Made by a program: the position numbers and the translations under genes. A stretch of 64,000 nt of DNA from contig JAZLHE010000056.1 of assembly GCA_045616665.1 (NCBI GenBank), positions 691 to 64,690 of the forward strand, given 5' to 3'. The notes below the pieces were generated by a model, which was not told the origin of the DNA, made no database searches, and worked only from the letters and a program-made list of their open reading frames with translations. This stretch comes from Bacteroidales bacterium (GTDB lineage Bacteria; Bacteroidota; Bacteroidia; Bacteroidales; WCHB1-69). Positions within the stretch are counted from its first letter, which is position 1; every line of letters starts with the position of its first letter. Below are positions 61,991-64,000 of this stretch, one piece after another.

Positions 61991-62068
61991 TTTTTCTCAT
62001 ACAACGCGGTGACTTTTTTGTTTTATTTGTAAATTTGTAAGAAAAAAATCAAACCAAACTTTTGTTTT

Positions 62069-62203
62069 ATGAAAAAAATCAGCTTTGCATTTGTGTTGGC
62101 ATTTTTGTTGCTTTGTCTCTGTCGGTGTGCCAAGCCGGTGGAACACGTCCATTCCAACAATCAGGGAATTTACTCCGGCAGCCAATATTACAGAAACAAT
62201 TAA
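62069..62203 (+). CDS. Possible 44-aa small secreted/lipoprotein-like peptide (below the ORF-track cutoff)
   Basis: MKKISFAFVLAFLLLCLCRCAKPVEHVHSNNQGIYSGSQYYRNN*. The N-terminus is signal-peptide-like. There is no other support. Confidence 0.25.
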   Translation: MKKISFAFVLAFLLLCLCRCAKPVEHVHSNNQGIYSGSQYYRNN

Positions 62204-62486
62204 CAGCGGAAATATGAACCGATTGCTTTATTTGCTGGGAAAGAACAACTTCATTAATGATGTTCCCGTTGCGTGTGTGCCGGCAACGGGAACGAAAAAG
62301 CCGACAAGGCTAAAGGCGATGCGCGACACTGCGACCAGGGTAAAAAAAATGTTTTCTCCCGCCGCACTAGTGAGTGCTGTGCATAAAACACATTAAAAAA
62401 ACCTGTAGATGCACCTGGCTTGATTTCAGTAATACAATAAATAAAACCTATTGTTGTTCTTGTAATTGTTTAAATCAATAAATTCC

Positions 62487-64000
62487 ATGAAACAGTTTTT
62501 TGTCATCATTTTGCTGTGTAATATAGTTTATACTTCGTTTTCAAAAATTATTGAAGGAGGTGCTTATTATTCAACCACAAAAGAAATCACTTTTGATCTA
62601 GACCATTCAGATTACATGCGAGATTGGTATATTTCAACAGAAGATGATCCTAATGTCCTTTATCTATATTGTGAAAATCCGATAGAACTGACATTCCATC
62701 TTCCCTCTCAAGATTTGAATTTTCTGGTTTCAAATCTAGACACCATCCGTTTGGTGTTTATTATCAATGACAAAGATTCTATCAATACGTTGATTATTGG
62801 TGTACACGATATTCCCAACAACATTAGTGAGGACGAAAAACTGTTTCATTTAAGCCGCCTATGGAGTGAGGTGAAATATAATTTTGTCAATATTGACCAA
62901 ATTGATTTTGATTGGGACAGTCTGTATAAAGCCTATATTCCTTTGGTAAAGAACACGAGCAACGATTATGATTTTTATCGGATTTTACAGCGTTTTTACG
63001 CAACACTCCACGATGGCCACACTGAAGTCTATATGCCATATTCTCTAACGGCATACGAAGATTATGTTCCAGTAGCAATAGACTATTTCGACAAGCAGCT
63101 GTATATTACATCAACTATAGCCCAAGACTACGACTCCTCCTTTTTGGCTGCTAAAATACTTATGATTAACAATATTCCTATTCATCAATACTTACAAGAT
63201 AGCATTTCCCCTTATATATCTGCTTCCACAGAACAATCTCTTTGGACGCGGATTCCACAAGCCATTTGTTATGGATTGCGTTGCAAACCCTTGGTTTTTG
63301 AAATACAAAAACAAAATGGCGAAAAAGCCAGTATGAATTTGGTACGTAATGGTGAAGCTACAAGACGCGAGAACATTCAGCATTGCAGGTTAAGGGAAAA
63401 GACTTCTGAACCTTGGGATTTTGTTCAACTGTTTTGGCATCAGGATTCTATTCTTCAACTATCTATCAATTCATTCTACCCAGATGAATATGTAATATCG
63501 CTTATAGCTAAGAAGGAGAATGAAATACAAAAGGCAAAAGGGCTGATTATAGATTTGAGACAAAATGGTGGAGGATCCACTGTCGTCGCCCATTATTTAC
63601 AGTCTCACTTGACCCAAGCACCTTATTTTATCAATTTTGCATGGCAAAGCCGTATTAATGACGGGGTAAGAAAAGCCAATGGCAATTGGATCAAGGAATA
63701 CAAAGATTATTATTTAGAAAAGGCCTATCGAACAGAAGCTGGGGATACCATTGCTATAGCAGACTCTATACAGCGATGGTCCATGCCAACCGTAGTCCTT
63801 TTCGGCGAATACACATTCTCCGCGGCAGAAGATTTTTTGGTCAATCTGTACGAAACTCCCAATCGACCTTTATTTATTGGCAAAGAATCTGGAGGTTCAA
63901 CTGGGTCGCCACTGGTAATAAACGACCTTCCTTTAGACGGATACGCTAGATTATGTACTCGAAGAATCCTTTTTCCGTATAGTCAGACAGCATTTGTTGG
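62487..64000 (+). CDS. S41-family (tail-specific/C-terminal processing type) serine peptidase, 3' end off-window
   Basis: Absent from the ORF track because there is no in-window stop. ATG 62487 opens a frame that stays open to 64000. Signal-like N-terminus MKQFFVIILLCNIVYTSFS. S41 hallmarks GLIIDLRQNGGGS and TFSAAEDF. Confidence 0.8.
   Translation, partial: MKQFFVIILLCNIVYTSFSKIIEGGAYYSTTKEITFDLDHSDYMRDWYISTEDDPNVLYLYCENPIELTFHLPSQDLNFLVSNLDTIRLVFIINDKDSINTLIIGVHDIPNNISEDEKLFHLSRLWSEVKYNFVNIDQIDFDWDSLYKAYIPLVKNTSNDYDFYRILQRFYATLHDGHTEVYMPYSLTAYEDYVPVAIDYFDKQLYITSTIAQDYDSSFLAAKILMINNIPIHQYLQDSISPYISASTEQSLWTRIPQAICYGLRCKPLVFEIQKQNGEKASMNLVRNGEATRRENIQHCRLREKTSEPWDFVQLFWHQDSILQLSINSFYPDEYVISLIAKKENEIQKAKGLIIDLRQNGGGSTVVAHYLQSHLTQAPYFINFAWQSRINDGVRKANGNWIKEYKDYYLEKAYRTEAGDTIAIADSIQRWSMPTVVLFGEYTFSAAEDFLVNLYETPNRPLFIGKESGGSTGSPLVINDLPLDGYARLCTRRILFPYSQTAFV

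Noticed and set aside
62085-62396. 103-aa plus-strand ORF
   Set aside because: It overlaps the more plausible signal-peptide mini-ORF in another frame and spans the 11-bp hairpin. It has no motif and no promoter context.

Overview
This looks like a chromosomal segment of a Bacteroidota (Bacteroidales-type) genome. Genes are preceded by TAnnTTTG '-7' promoter boxes, many products start with Sec or lipoprotein signal peptides, and two secreted proteins end in T9SS (Por) C-terminal sorting domains. All calls come from my own reading of motifs in the translated ORFs and of the DNA; no database search or computation was possible.

Layout:
(i) 1-7128: a >2376-aa modular surface protein on the minus strand. 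The supplied ORF track misses it because the frame runs off the window.
(ii) 7.4-27.7 kb: mostly housekeeping (gap, priA, UvrD-type helicase, tRNA-Asn, YitT, DAACS transporter, M16 peptidase, GNAT), interrupted by a three-copy tandem array of paralogous lipoprotein genes.
(iii) 27.8-45.0 kb: a mosaic accessory, defence-like region. It holds ParDE and YafQ-type toxin-antitoxin pairs, a relic of a second ParDE copy, and one intact plus two decayed AAA/DUF4143-type ATPase genes. It also holds an MBOAT acyltransferase operon behind a long structured leader, two tandem DUF1016/YhcG PD-(D/E)XK genes, and an EcoRI-family adenine methyltransferase coupled to a DUF262-HNH nuclease. A DEDDh exonuclease and a 2.2-kb cassette (membrane-anchored T5orf172 protein plus small lipoprotein) bracketed by ~245-bp direct repeats complete it.
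(iv) 45-64 kb: miaB, an aminotransferase / L,D-transpeptidase / M64 peptidase operon, a Na/Pi-PhoU transporter, and a visibly G+C-richer islet with a repeat-containing PD-(D/E)XK protein. Then come a GH2 beta-galactosidase, a C10 peptidase, a membrane LytTR regulator and a partial S41 peptidase. The LytTR start codon sits at a 21-bp perfect inverted repeat that flanks a promoter-bearing 104-bp segment.

No rRNA, CRISPR array, integrase or transposase was recognised.
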